DNA of 64,000 nt from Pseudomonadota bacterium (GCA_039025235.1 JBCCOS010000003.1:72659-136658); one strand, 5' to 3'; positions 1 through 10,172 are shown, counted from the first letter of the stretch. Numbers and translations: made by a program. The notes: a model not told the origin generated them from the sequence alone.

Positions 1-547
1 TGATGACGATGACTTGAGTTCGCTCCGTAATCGCAGCTTCCAACCGTTGACGATCAATGCGCCAATCGGGCGCTTCCAAGGCAACAGGAACAAACCTGGC
101 GCCAGCAGCTTCGATTTGAGGGGCGTAGCACTCATAAAACGGAGAGAACGCAATGGCCTCGTCACCCGGGTTTAAAAGACCAAGAAAGATGGATGCTAAC
201 CCTTCAGTGGCCCCCGCGACGATAAGTGTTTCGCGCATGGGATCGATATCAAGACCGTAGAACCGTTTGTTATCTGCAGCGACGGCCCGGCGGATCTCGG
301 GCGTTCCTTCAACCGGGGCGTACTGGTTCGGTCCCGCTAAAATGCCTTCTGCCGCATATTGACGAATTTCAAGCGGTCCATCTTCGTCGGGAAACCCTTG
401 ACCGAGGTTGATAGCATTATGCTCTCTGGCCAGTGCCGACATTGTCGGAAAAATTGATTGCGCCCGGGCGGAATAAACTGGATTGAAACGTCGGGTGCTT
501 TCGGTCTTCGAATGGTCAATCCCTTCCTGGGGCTGGTTTGTATTCAT
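1..547 (-). CDS. PLP-dependent aminotransferase, class I/II (YbdL / kynurenine-aminotransferase-like); 3' part lies outside the window
   Basis: Own translation of the minus strand from ATG (545-547): MNTNQPQEGIDHSKTESTRRFNPVYSARAQSIFPTMSALAREHNAINLGQGFPDEDGPLEIRQYAAEGILAGPNQYAPVEGTPEIRRAVAADNKRFYGLDIDPMRETLIVAGATEGLASIFLGLLNPGDEAIAFSPFYECYAPQIEAAGARFVPV... The frame stays open to the window edge, so it is absent from the ORF track. NLGQGFPD and QYxPxxG motifs are typical of fold-type-I aminotransferases. Confidence 0.8.
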   Translation of the reverse strand, partial: MNTNQPQEGIDHSKTESTRRFNPVYSARAQSIFPTMSALAREHNAINLGQGFPDEDGPLEIRQYAAEGILAGPNQYAPVEGTPEIRRAVAADNKRFYGLDIDPMRETLIVAGATEGLASIFLGLLNPGDEAIAFSPFYECYAPQIEAAGARFVPVALEAPDWRIDRQRLEAAITERTQVIVI

Positions 548-892
548 GGTATCGGAGCTGTTGGGGTGCTGCATGGCGTTCAAATTCCAAAAAAGACAAC
601 AATAGCAATATCGTTCACGGGCGCGTCGTGCAACGAAAAGGCGTGGATCCGTGTTGATACGCCATTTTAACATTTCAAAAAGAAATATTCATACTTCCTT
701 ATCGCTGGCATGCGTTGGCGACTAATCGATTGGTTTAGAAAAAAGTAATTGGATTGCTGAATAACGGAGATGTGTGAGTACTGCAATTTTACAATGCGCA
801 GGGATGACGTCCGGGTTTTAGCCATTGGCCTTGTATATCAGGCTTGTTGGGCGCCGGACCGTATGGGCGCGCAAAAAGAGGGCTTCGGTCAT

Positions 893-1606
893 ATGGTTCG
901 GTCATGGTTACAAAGCGGTCGGTCGTTTGTTGTTGTGTGTGTCATCACATGTTTTGGAACACTCGTCGCGGCTAGCACTCCCGCAAAAGCAGAGGATAGC
1001 TTCCAGCTTTGGTCTGCCCTTTTTGTCAATGGGCCTGTTAAGGACGACAGCAATCTCCTTCTTTGGTTCGACGGTCATGCCCGTTCCATGGACGGTGTCG
1101 ATGGGCTTGGCGTTTCAATCTTGCGGCCTGGTGTCGGATATCGGCTGTCCGATAATCTTTCGGGGTGGGTAGGCTACGCACGCGTCGAGGCAAGACAAGA
1201 CGGCGCACCTGATGTTATCGAAGATAGGATCTGGCAGCAGGCAACTTATAATTTCGGGACAGTACTAGGCGGCCGTCTGTCTGGGCGCTCCCGGCTTGAG
1301 CAGCGTTTCTTCAACACTGGGTCAGATACCGCTTGGCGGTGGCGTCAGTTCTTCCGCTATGATCGCCCGTTTGTTGATACGCCGTTCCGTTTTGTTCTAT
1401 GGAACGAGACTTTCATCGATCTGAACGATACAGATTTCGGGATCGAAAGCGGTTTTGGCCAAAACCGGACATTCATTGGTGCGGGTTGGCAATTCTCTAA
1501 ACCGGTCCGTGTTGAGGCTGGTTATCTCTTCAACCCGATCAGTGTTCCAAATGCGGCAGATCTTGATGTGAATATTTTCTCGATCAATTTGTTCGTCCCG
1601 CTTTAA
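893..1606 (+). CDS. DUF2490-like secreted / outer-membrane protein
   Basis: ORF 770..1606. The internal ATG at 893 gives a signal-peptide-like N-terminus (MVRSWLQSGRSFVVVCVITCFGTLVAASTPAKA). The body (FQLWSALFVNG...WFDGHAR...GYARVE...RIWQQATY...RLEQRF) matches my recollection of DUF2490 and alternates like a beta-barrel. Confidence 0.65.
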   Translation: MVRSWLQSGRSFVVVCVITCFGTLVAASTPAKAEDSFQLWSALFVNGPVKDDSNLLLWFDGHARSMDGVDGLGVSILRPGVGYRLSDNLSGWVGYARVEARQDGAPDVIEDRIWQQATYNFGTVLGGRLSGRSRLEQRFFNTGSDTAWRWRQFFRYDRPFVDTPFRFVLWNETFIDLNDTDFGIESGFGQNRTFIGAGWQFSKPVRVEAGYLFNPISVPNAADLDVNIFSINLFVPL

Positions 1607-1630
1607 AGAAGCGATCAGTCGGAGAGTTTG

Positions 1631-1757
1631 TTGCGATCCTTCGCGACGCGTTCTTAGGAACGCTCCTCAGGATGAGGGCAGGGATTGATCAGAGAGGAAC
1701 TTCTCTTCATCCTAAGGAGCGAACCCTTAGGTTCGCGTCGCAAAGGATCGCGACAAA
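1631..1757. repeat. Family A nested palindromic repeat, copy A1
   Basis: Outer inverted repeat GATCCTTCGCGACGCG / CGCGTCGCAAAGGATC and inner inverted repeat CGCTCCTCAGGATGAGGG / CTTCATCCTAAGGAGCG. Lies between the convergent 3' ends of the DUF2490 gene and rbfA. Confidence 0.85.
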
Positions 1758-1792
1758 GCAAAACCTTCCGAAACCATTGGATTAAAGAGTAT

Positions 1793-2203
1793 TCAAAGAT
1801 CTCGCTTCACATCTGGGTGGGCCAGCAATTCATCAATTCGCCGGGCCTCTGCGAAGCTCTCATCTGATTTGAAAATCAGTTCAGGGGTGAACTTAAGGTC
1901 AATTTTCGTGCCCAAATGGTGGCGCAGCTTTGGTGCTACCCGGTTTAACGCCTCAATGACACTGTCGCTCGCGCCGTTGTTTCCCGTATCGCCAAGGCTT
2001 TGCCCCAGGGCTGCGCAATAAACGGTTGCGCGGCGCAGGTCAGGGCTCGGCCGGACCTCGCTCACCGTGATTGATACACCAGACAGCGCAGGATCGCGCA
2101 GGTCCTCACGCTGAAGGATCTCAACGAGTGCATGGCGTAGCAATTCTCCGGCACGTAATTGCCGTTGGCTTGGGCCTTTATCTGATCGGAAACGTTTCGA
2201 CAT
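1793..2203 (-). CDS. rbfA: ribosome-binding factor A
   Basis: SQRQLRAGELLRHALVEILQREDLRDPALSGVSITVSEVRPSPDLRRATVY...LKFTPELIFKSDESF is a typical RbfA sequence. The ATG at 2201-2203 (MSKRF...) is preferred over the track start at 2242. Confidence 0.9.
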   Translation of the reverse strand: MSKRFRSDKGPSQRQLRAGELLRHALVEILQREDLRDPALSGVSITVSEVRPSPDLRRATVYCAALGQSLGDTGNNGASDSVIEALNRVAPKLRHHLGTKIDLKFTPELIFKSDESFAEARRIDELLAHPDVKRDL

Positions 2204-2277
2204 GGTCTTTATTGGGTTGCTTGCCTTAAGTGTAGCCTGCAAACCGGCTTTCTCAAATACGGTCGTGCTAGAGCCTT

Positions 2278-2393
2278 TTGCAATCCTTCGCGACGCGCCT
2301 TGATGGCGCTCCTCAGGATGAGGGCCATAGGCTTATCGATTGATCGTAACCTTCATCCTGAGGAGCGTTCTTCAGAACGCGTCGCGAAGGATC
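2278..2393. repeat. Family A nested palindromic repeat, copy A2
   Basis: ATCCTTCGCGACGCG...GCGCTCCTCAGGATGAGGG...CCTTCATCCTGAGGAGCG...CGCGTCGCGAAGGAT. Lies between the rbfA start and the photolyase-family gene stop. Confidence 0.9.
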
Positions 2394-2431
2394 AACCGGG
2401 GTCTTGGATCGAGCAATACGCTCCAGCCCCT

Positions 2432-4033
2432 TCACAAATCAAGCATCAACTGTTCTTTCACCTTACTCGTTGCTTTGCGATTTTTTGTTGTCCGCCTTCG
2501 CTGACCAGTATTGGGCATACCGCTTTTGCGACTTCCGTGTTTATTCTGAATGGCATCAGCGGCGCGGGCAAAGCCAGCCCCTTTGCGGGCGGCAAAGATT
2601 TTCTCTTTTGCCTCCCGAGCAGCCACGACCGGATCGACAATGGGTTCCGGGTACGTCCGACCCAAGACACTTGAGGCTTCCGGCCATTTCCACGGCTCTT
2701 GCAAAAATGCGTCGGGAACGCCATCGAGCTCTGGCACCCACTCCCGCGTGAAGGCTCCTGTTGGGTCCTGGTCTTTGCCCTGTTTAATGGGGTTATAAAT
2801 GCGAATGGTGTTGATGCCCGTTGTGCCCGATTGCATTTGTACCTGGGACCAGTGGATGCCCGGCTCATAATCCGTAAACCGACGGGCGAGAATTTCTCCC
2901 GAGGCCCGCCATGGCAGCCAGAGATGATAGCTGGCGACGGCGGTCAACATCGCCCGCATACGGAAGTTCAGCCATCCAGTGGCTTGAAGGGATCGAAGGC
3001 AGGCATCGACAAAGGGCAGGCCCGTTTCGCCAGCGGCATAGGCCTGCAGGCGGACGGCATCGGGTTCCGTTGGGCGTAATCCGTCGAATCCCCGATGGAG
3101 GTTCTCAAACTCCAGCCGTGGTTCATCTTCAAGCTTTTGCATGAAATGGTGGCGCCAGTGGAGGCGGCCGGTGAAGCTCCTCATCGCCTCGCGCCACTTT
3201 TTATTAGCGTTATCGCCGGGGGTTGCCGCTGCTTTTAAGGCGGCTTGGCGCGCCCATGTCGCTTGCGCGGTCTCGCGCATGGAGAGGGTGCCAAAGGCAA
3301 GGTGCGGTGAAACCCGCGAGCAATGGCGTGCGCCCGCTGCAGGCGCTGACATCGCCTTGCGATAGGGTTCGCCGCGGACGGTCAAAAAACTATTGAGAGC
3401 GTCGAGGCCGTTTGTGCGCCCACCTGGCTGTCGTTCCGGACACGGATCAGGGGGGAGCCCCAAGTCCTTTGCTGATGGAAGCCCCTGGGGGAGCCCCTGA
3501 GGAAGCCCCTGGGGGAGCCCTTGCGACGTGATATTTTTGACGGGTCTTAGGGCGGGTGATGGGAGGATCGGTTGCGCCATGTGGGCATCCCACTGCGCGG
3601 CCCAGCCATTGCGTGTCTTTAAACGCCGCACGACACCGCCTTGCGGTATTTCATTAAACGTAATGCCCGCTGCCCGTGACCAGGCCGCGACACGCTTGTC
3701 CCGCGCGAAGGTCCAGGCGTTACCAGTTTCTTCATGGGCCCAAATGGCAGCGATGTTGTGTTGGCGATGAAGCGCCTCAATGACCGCGACCGCATCGCCA
3801 ACATGCACCTCCAAAGGGGCACCGAGTTTCGTGAGCTCGGCGTTGAGCTCTTCGAGGCTCTCCGCAATGAATGCCCACTGCCGCCCCGACGCATCGGACT
3901 GTTGCCAAAGCTCAGGCTCCGCAATGTAAAGCGGTAGCACAGGCCCCGCCGCCGCAGCCCGCAAAAGCGGCGCATGGTCAAAGGCGCGTAAGTCGCGCTT
4001 GAACCAGATGAGTTGTGCTGAAGGCTCTGCCAT
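2432..4033 (-). CDS. cryptochrome / DNA photolyase family flavoprotein
   Basis: N-terminal photolyase alpha/beta domain (LIWFKRDLRAFDHAPL). FAD-binding-domain motifs SRVSPHLAFGTLSMRE, FTGRLHWRHHFMQKLEDEP and YEPGIHWSQVQMQSGTTG. Only three Cys residues, so probably not an FeS-BCP type enzyme. Confidence 0.85.
   Translation of the reverse strand: MAEPSAQLIWFKRDLRAFDHAPLLRAAAAGPVLPLYIAEPELWQQSDASGRQWAFIAESLEELNAELTKLGAPLEVHVGDAVAVIEALHRQHNIAAIWAHEETGNAWTFARDKRVAAWSRAAGITFNEIPQGGVVRRLKTRNGWAAQWDAHMAQPILPSPALRPVKNITSQGLPQGLPQGLPQGLPSAKDLGLPPDPCPERQPGGRTNGLDALNSFLTVRGEPYRKAMSAPAAGARHCSRVSPHLAFGTLSMRETAQATWARQAALKAAATPGDNANKKWREAMRSFTGRLHWRHHFMQKLEDEPRLEFENLHRGFDGLRPTEPDAVRLQAYAAGETGLPFVDACLRSLQATGWLNFRMRAMLTAVASYHLWLPWRASGEILARRFTDYEPGIHWSQVQMQSGTTGINTIRIYNPIKQGKDQDPTGAFTREWVPELDGVPDAFLQEPWKWPEASSVLGRTYPEPIVDPVVAAREAKEKIFAARKGAGFARAADAIQNKHGSRKSGMPNTGQRRRTTKNRKATSKVKEQLMLDL
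3477..3524. repeat. 12-bp x4 in-frame tandem repeat inside the photolyase-family gene
   Basis: ggaagcccctgg / gggagcccctga / ggaagcccctgg / gggagcccttgc. Encodes (GLPQ)4 in the inter-domain linker. Confidence 0.9.
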
Positions 4034-4069
4034 GATGAAATGCTAATTGAAATTTGGAAGAATGCCAAA

Positions 4070-4279
4070 ATGACAGATCGTCCGCTTAAGCATTTTACGT
4101 TTCGGGAGCTGTTATCTCAGCGTTCCATCGCTGAGCGCGCGGTTCGGCGTAACCGCAATGTAGAAGCGTCAATGGCATTAATCGAGGCGATTAATACCGA
4201 ATTGGAACTGCGGCGTGAGCGGATTTTTGAGAAGCGGTCGAGGGGAGTGGATACTGACATGACTTTCCCATCGCTTTGA
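4070..4279 (+). CDS. hypothetical small protein (69 aa)
   Basis: ORF 4040..4279, with the ATG at 4070 giving MTDRPLKHFTFRELLSQRS... Divergent from the photolyase-family gene. I recognise no family, so support is length and position only. Confidence 0.3.
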   Translation: MTDRPLKHFTFRELLSQRSIAERAVRRNRNVEASMALIEAINTELELRRERIFEKRSRGVDTDMTFPSL

Positions 4280-4378
4280 CAATGGTTGCACAAGCACAAC
4301 TGAGAGGTGGGATGTGGTCAAATTGAGGCAGGCTTATGCTCAGCGCGCTTTTTAAAGAGTCGCTTGAGAGCATCGTCC

Positions 4379-4504
4379 TTTGCGATCCTTCGAGACGCGC
4401 CCTGAAGGGGGCGCTCCTGAGGATGAGGGCCACAGCTTCGCATCCCTTTATCAACCCTCATCCTGAGGAGCGTTCTTCAGAACGCGTCTCGAAGGATGGC
4501 AAAA
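4379..4504. repeat. Family A nested palindromic repeat, copy A3
   Basis: GATCCTTCGAGACGCG...GCGCTCCTGAGGATGAGGG...CCCTCATCCTGAGGAGCG...CGCGTCTCGAAGGAT. Lies downstream of the infB 3' end. Confidence 0.9.
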
Positions 4505-4625
4505 GGCGCATCGTTATTTGTGGATCGAGTCACCTTCAACGAGCGTGCCAAAAAAGGTTAGCGCGCTGAAATAGTCAGCACACATCAAAATTGCGAGATC
4601 CAAACGCACGAACGCAATCATACTC

Positions 4626-7310
4626 TTAGAGCGCGCGGGTCACTTTCTCCACAGCGAAGCATTCGATCACGTCACCGACTTTTAGGTCGTCGTAATTGGC
4701 GAAGCTCATGCCACATTCTTGGCCGTTGGGAACTTCTTGCACATCGTCTTTGAAGCGCTTGAGCTGTGATAGTTCGCCTTCGTGGATGACCGTGTTGTCG
4801 CGAATAAGGCGAACTTTCGCGCCGCGTCGGACTTGGCCTTCGGTGACGCGGCAACCGGCAACTTTGCCAAACTTCGAAATGTTGAACACTTCGAGAATTT
4901 CCGCATTGCCGAGGAATGTCTCGCGCAGTTCCGGATCGAGCATGCCGGAAAGAGCGCCTTTGACGTCATCGATGAGGTCGTAAATTACTGAGTAATAACG
5001 AATTTCAACACCATCGTCTTCGGCCTGGTCCCGCGCTTGTTTGTTCGCACGCACGTTAAATCCGATAACCGGTGCTTTCGATGCACCAGCGAGAATAACA
5101 TCGCTCTCGGAAATACCGCCAACGCCCGTATGAAGAACACGTACACGTACTTCTTCCGTACCAAGCTTTTCTAGCGATGTGGCAATCGCTTCAACCGAGC
5201 CTTGCACATCGCCTTTAATAACGAGCGGCAACTCTTTGATTTCTGCGTCCTGTAATTGCGCCATCATCTGTTCAAGCGATGTGCCAGACGACTTCGCGTT
5301 TGCCTGTTCACGGCGTTTGCGTGAACGGAAATCAGAAACCTCGCGCGCGCGTGCTTCATTCTCCACGACAACGAACTTCTCGCCCGGATCGGGCACGCCA
5401 TTAAGGCCAAGAATCTCAACAGGAAAGGCAGGTCCCGCCCCTTTGACTTGCGCACCGGTGTCATCGGCGAGGGCACGAACCTTGCCCCATTCAGAACCGG
5501 CAACGAGAACATCGCCACGTTGTAAATTACCGCGTTCCACAAGGAGCGTCGCAACGGGGCCACGCCCTTTATCAAGGCGGGCTTCAACAACAGCGCCTTC
5601 CGCAGCGCGGTCGGGGTTTGCCTTCAGTTCTAGAAGCTCAGCCTGCAGTGTAATCGCCTCCAGGAGACTGTCGAGATTCTTCCCGGTGAGGGCGGAGACT
5701 TCAACGTCTTGAATCTCGCCGCCCATGCTTTCGACCTGCATTTCATGTTGCAAGAGGTCGGTACGAACTTTGTTGGGATCGGCATCTGGTTTGTCGATTT
5801 TGTTAATCGCAACAATGATCGGAACGCCTGCGGCTTTGGCGTGGCTGATCGCCTCTTCCGTTTGCGGCATAATTGAATCGTCTGCAGCAACAACGAGAAT
5901 GACGATATCGGTAACATTGGCTCCGCGCGCACGCATTTGCGTGAAGGCTGCGTGGCCTGGTGTATCGAGGAAGGTGATTTTTTTATCGCCCTCAACGGTT
6001 ACCTGATAGGCGCCAATATGCTGGGTGATCCCGCCAGCTTCGCCCTTCACAACGTCGGTTTTACGAAGCGCGTCAAGTAGCGATGTTTTACCATGGTCGA
6101 CGTGACCCATGATCGTAACAACAGGGGGACGATCGAAGAGATTGGCATCATCATTTTCTTCAGCGCCAAATAGACCTTCCTCAACATCAGCTTCGGCAAC
6201 GCGTTTGACCTGGTGACCAAGGTCGGTTGCAATAAGCTCGGCCGTATCCGCATCGAGCGTCGCGTTCGCGGTGACCATTTGCCCTTGTTTCATCAGCTCA
6301 CGAACAAGTTCGACGGCACGCATTGCCATGCGTTGCGCGAGCTCTTGCACTGTAATTGTTTCGGGGATCGTCACTTCGCGCACGACCGGCGCGTTTGTCA
6401 CGCCACGCTGACGGCGGGCTTGTTTCTCTCGTTCACGTGCACGGCGTACCGATGCCAAAGATCGCTGACGGTCTTCATCCTCTTCCAAAGCCGACGCAAT
6501 GGTGAGTTTCCCGCTTCTGCGCTTCGGTTGGTTTTTAGCATCGCGGTCACTTGAGCGATCGATTGTTTCTTTGCGCTTGGTTTTGAGGCGTCCCCCCAAT
6601 TGCGCAAGAGGGTTATCTCCGTCCGCCGCTTTTGGTTCGTCGCTCTGCTCGGTCGCTGGCGTTTGTCGTTTGCCTTTCGCGTCCGCCTTCGCAGCCTGGC
6701 GACGTTTTCTCTCTTGTTCCTCTGCTTCAAGAGCAGCTCTAGCCTCGTCTTCTTTAAGCCGACGCTCGTCGGCTTCTTTCTGACGTTTTGCCTCTTCTTT
6801 CGCGAGCCTGGCCCGCTCTGCTTCAAGTCGTGCTTTTTCTTCCGCTTCGCGCGCTTCGCGTTCTAGGCGTTGGGCTGCTTCCGCTTTTTTGCGGGCGTCT
6901 TCATCCTGACGTGCTTTGGCAAGGGCGGCGGCCCGTGCTTGTTTTTCATCATCGGAAAGAGTGCGTAGGACGGCTGGTTTTTTCTTTACTTCGCTAACAG
7001 AGGCAGCCTTCGCAGCAGCTTTCCTCGCGGTTGGGTTTGCCGCCTCTTTCGGCGCAGGCTTTGCTGCCACTGGCTTGACCGTCGGCTTGGCGCCTGTCTT
7101 CGTCGCTGCGGTGGGCTTTGCTTTTTTCGCGTCGCCCTCTGACTTGTTCACCGATAGGACACGCCGCCGCTTGGTTTCAACGACCACGGTCTTAGAGCGC
7201 CCATGGGAAAAGCTTTGCTTAACCGCGCCTGTTTCTGTCCGACGAACAGAAAGGGGCCGACGGCCTGACTTTCCGCTGTTTTCAGATTTCGTCTCGACGT
7301 CGTCGCTCAT
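4626..7310 (-). CDS. infB: translation initiation factor IF-2
   Basis: GTPase motifs [20 protein letters not shown] and NKID, with a K/E/A-rich N-terminal region. GGAG lies 6 nt upstream of the ATG. Sits in the nusA-ylxR-infB context. Confidence 0.97.
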   Translation of the reverse strand: MSDDVETKSENSGKSGRRPLSVRRTETGAVKQSFSHGRSKTVVVETKRRRVLSVNKSEGDAKKAKPTAATKTGAKPTVKPVAAKPAPKEAANPTARKAAAKAASVSEVKKKPAVLRTLSDDEKQARAAALAKARQDEDARKKAEAAQRLEREAREAEEKARLEAERARLAKEEAKRQKEADERRLKEDEARAALEAEEQERKRRQAAKADAKGKRQTPATEQSDEPKAADGDNPLAQLGGRLKTKRKETIDRSSDRDAKNQPKRRSGKLTIASALEEDEDRQRSLASVRRAREREKQARRQRGVTNAPVVREVTIPETITVQELAQRMAMRAVELVRELMKQGQMVTANATLDADTAELIATDLGHQVKRVAEADVEEGLFGAEENDDANLFDRPPVVTIMGHVDHGKTSLLDALRKTDVVKGEAGGITQHIGAYQVTVEGDKKITFLDTPGHAAFTQMRARGANVTDIVILVVAADDSIMPQTEEAISHAKAAGVPIIVAINKIDKPDADPNKVRTDLLQHEMQVESMGGEIQDVEVSALTGKNLDSLLEAITLQAELLELKANPDRAAEGAVVEARLDKGRGPVATLLVERGNLQRGDVLVAGSEWGKVRALADDTGAQVKGAGPAFPVEILGLNGVPDPGEKFVVVENEARAREVSDFRSRKRREQANAKSSGTSLEQMMAQLQDAEIKELPLVIKGDVQGSVEAIATSLEKLGTEEVRVRVLHTGVGGISESDVILAGASKAPVIGFNVRANKQARDQAEDDGVEIRYYSVIYDLIDDVKGALSGMLDPELRETFLGNAEILEVFNISKFGKVAGCRVTEGQVRRGAKVRLIRDNTVIHEGELSQLKRFKDDVQEVPNGQECGMSFANYDDLKVGDVIECFAVEKVTRAL

Positions 7311-7828
7311 TCAAACTCCGTTGCAATTGGCCCGTCAAAGGCTTTTGCATCATATCGCATCTAGCGCGGCTCTCACCGCTTTAAAATACCTTATCAAACC
7401 AAACGTTGGCAAAACGCCTGCTTTTTGGCTTTGGGCTACCGCTTGTTACTGAGTAACGTGCGAAGTAAAATCAACTCACCGTCAACCAACCAAAATGGCC
7501 GAAGACATCAAATCCGGCATTTGACCGGCATTTAAGATGTAAGCTTCGAAAAAGACGGGCCGCAGTAAAAAGATAACTGCGATCACCGTCATCTGCCCGT
7601 TCAGAAGTTCACATCCTGCACAACACGCTATGTTTTGTGCTGACCTAAGACATTGGCCCATTCATAGGATGACCCATTGCTTATCTTGCCCTAGATCGTC
7701 ACGACATACCCCCCAAACAACCCGCGGTCCAGACGTGTTATGCGCTTTTGCGAAGAATATCCGTGCCAAAGTCTCATGTATTTGTTCCGCATTTTATTCT
7801 CACCGCTAATCCTTGTGGCCGAACCGCA

Positions 7829-8443
7829 CTAAAGGCCGCGGCAGGCGGTTAGTCGCTTGACATCCGTCAGAAGGCCGATCGCCGATGGTAATAACGCGAT
7901 GACTTGCACGCCGTTCAAGCCGATAGCCCCGGAAATTTCTGATGTTTCGAGAAGCGAGGACACATTTATCTCTGCTGCGCTTGCGGCCCTGATGAGTTCG
8001 CGGGTTGTTCTTTCACTCGTGTCAGGGCTGAAGAATATCAGGTCATGAGACTTACTTTTTGTATCGGTCCTCGTCCCGTGTTTCGCAAGCAGCTTCAACG
8101 TTGCCTCGCTACCAATTGTCATTCGACCGCTGCGCCTGGCGAGCCCAAGCGCTGCAAGAACACGCTGGCGTAGGGCTTTTTCTATGCCATCGGCAAAGGC
8201 TTGCGGTGTTTGACCTGGTTTGTGCAAGACGTCCGACTTGAGGCTGCGGGCAAAAAGTCCCTTCGTTACGGCCTTGATCAGTGCATCTCGTTTAGGATCG
8301 CACCATACGCCGCGGCCTGGAAGCTTTCCGGCAAGGTCAGGGATTAAATTGCCATCCGGTCCTATCACGAAGCGGATCAGCGTCGCGCCGGGTGATTGTT
8401 GTCCGGACGCGATGCATGTGCGAAGGCGGTCATGGTCTTTCAA
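7829..8443 (-). CDS. YlxR/DUF448 RNA-binding protein with L7Ae-like C-terminal part
   Basis: RTCIASGQQ...LIRFV...GKLPGRGVWC is the YlxR signature. It occupies the conserved position between nusA and infB. Confidence 0.8.
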   Translation of the reverse strand: MKDHDRLRTCIASGQQSPGATLIRFVIGPDGNLIPDLAGKLPGRGVWCDPKRDALIKAVTKGLFARSLKSDVLHKPGQTPQAFADGIEKALRQRVLAALGLARRSGRMTIGSEATLKLLAKHGTRTDTKSKSHDLIFFSPDTSERTTRELIRAASAAEINVSSLLETSEISGAIGLNGVQVIALLPSAIGLLTDVKRLTACRGL

Positions 8444-8471
8444 GAATAAACCTCGACAAAGCGGCCGACGG

Positions 8472-10157
8472 TTACGCCGTCGGCATCTGCGTTGTTGCGG
8501 CTAAGATTTCACCAGTCGGTTCGTTAGCCTCTGCGTCATCCTCACTGTTTTCGTCGCTGTCGTCCTCAAGTTCAGCAGCGGCATCAGCTCGCATCTGATC
8601 AAGGTCTTCCTGGCTAATCCAACCGGCGGCGACGCGCGCGCGCATAATCATATCCTCTGCGTCATCAGCGCTGATCCCAAAGCTTTCAAGAATACCGTCA
8701 TAATGCTTTTTCTCGCCATCGACTCGTTCGGTCCAGCCGGTCAGGTCATCAGTGGCACATCCAGCAAGGTCTTCAATCGTTTTGACATCGTTTTCGCCAA
8801 GCGTAACAAGCATTTTAAGATCAAGGCCGTCATGCGCACTAAGCGCTTCGTCGACGCCAAGATCACGGCGTTTTTGATCGAGAATTTTTGCTTGTTCTTC
8901 GAGCCATTCATTGGCTCTCGCCTGCAGTTCTGCCGCTGTCTCTTCGTCCAGACCTTCAATTTCTGTAATCTCATCAACGTCCACATAGGCAATTTCTTCA
9001 ATCTTTGCGAAACCTTCTGAGACCAGAAGCCCAGCCATGATGTCGTCAACATCGAGCGCTTCCATAAAGAGCTCAGAGCGCAGACGGAATTCTTCCTGGC
9101 GCTTTTTGCTCTCTTCTTCTTCCGTCATGATATCGATTTCGAACCCTGACAATTGCGAGGCAAGGCGTACGTTCTGACCGCGCCGTCCAATGGCGAGAGA
9201 GAGCTGCTCGTCTGGGACGACGACCTCAATGCGCTCTAAATCTTCATCCAGCACAACCTTTGCCACTTCTGCCGGCGCGAGCGCGTTAACAACGAATGTT
9301 GCCTGATCTTCTGACCACGGCACGATATCAATTTTTTCTCCGCCTAATTCATTGACAACCGCTTGGACGCGGCTGCCACGCATGCCAACACAAGCACCGA
9401 CGGGATCGATTGCATTATCGTTGGAATGAACCCCAATTTTTGCGCGGCTACCGGGGTCGCGCGCCACAGCTTTAATGTCGATGACGCCGTCGTATACTTC
9501 TGGCACTTCTTGCTCGAATAGCTTTGCCATGAATTGTGGGTGCGAGCGGGATAGAAAAATCTGCGGACCCCGAGCCTCCCGGCGAACATCCATAATATAG
9601 GCGCGAACGCGGTCGCCATTGCGATAGTTCTCGCGTGGCAATTGTTGGTCACGACGAACAACCGCTTCGGCACGACCGAGGTCAACAATCACATGGCCGT
9701 ACTCAACGCGCTTAATGATGCCATTGGCGATTTCGCCAATGCGGTCTTTATAATCCTCATATTGGCGATCACGTTCCGCATCACGTACTTTTTGGGTAAT
9801 CACTTGTTTTGCGGCCATTGCTGCCATCCGGCCAAACTCAATGGGCGGCAGCGGCTCAGAGAGAAAGTCACCGACACTCGCTTCAGGGTTTTTGGCCCGC
9901 GCATGGTCGAGATGAATTTCCACCGCGTCATTTTCAATTTCGTCGACCACTTCAAGGAGCCGCCATAGGCGCTGTTCACCCGTTGTTGGATTAATTTCGG
10001 CTTTGATCAGCGTTTCATGGCCATAGCGTGATCGCGCGGCTCGGGCGAGTGCGTCTTCTAACGCTTCAATGACCAAGGACTTATCAATGGATTTTTCGCG
10101 GGCAACCGCTTCGGCAATTTGGATGAGTTCGCGTTTATTGGCACTAACGGCATTCAT
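8472..10157 (-). CDS. nusA: transcription termination/antitermination factor NusA
   Basis: S1 and KH domains (GDRVRAYIMDVRRE, GACVGMRGSRVQAV, AIGRRGQNVRLASQL). Acidic C-terminal tail. Immediately follows rimP. Confidence 0.97.
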   Translation of the reverse strand: MNAVSANKRELIQIAEAVAREKSIDKSLVIEALEDALARAARSRYGHETLIKAEINPTTGEQRLWRLLEVVDEIENDAVEIHLDHARAKNPEASVGDFLSEPLPPIEFGRMAAMAAKQVITQKVRDAERDRQYEDYKDRIGEIANGIIKRVEYGHVIVDLGRAEAVVRRDQQLPRENYRNGDRVRAYIMDVRREARGPQIFLSRSHPQFMAKLFEQEVPEVYDGVIDIKAVARDPGSRAKIGVHSNDNAIDPVGACVGMRGSRVQAVVNELGGEKIDIVPWSEDQATFVVNALAPAEVAKVVLDEDLERIEVVVPDEQLSLAIGRRGQNVRLASQLSGFEIDIMTEEEESKKRQEEFRLRSELFMEALDVDDIMAGLLVSEGFAKIEEIAYVDVDEITEIEGLDEETAAELQARANEWLEEQAKILDQKRRDLGVDEALSAHDGLDLKMLVTLGENDVKTIEDLAGCATDDLTGWTERVDGEKKHYDGILESFGISADDAEDMIMRARVAAGWISQEDLDQMRADAAAELEDDSDENSEDDAEANEPTGEILAATTQMPTA

Positions 10158-10172
10158 GATCAGTCCTTCGCG

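Noticed and set aside
2300-2751. ORFs 2300..2674 and 2404..2751 (plus strand), and 4336..4569 / 4191..4454 near copy A3
   Set aside because: They start inside Family A palindromic repeats (peptides like LLRMR... and HPEERSSERV...). The first two run antisense into the photolyase-family gene; the pair near copy A3 lies in the spacer around the repeat. All are typical repeat-seeded spurious ORFs.
6398-7452. Several 88-178-aa ORFs on both strands over the infB 5' region (e.g. 6916..7452 plus strand, 6398..6826 minus strand)
   Set aside because: They overlap the K/E/A-rich N-terminal region of IF-2, where low complexity suppresses stops in other frames. The IF-2 frame is unambiguous.
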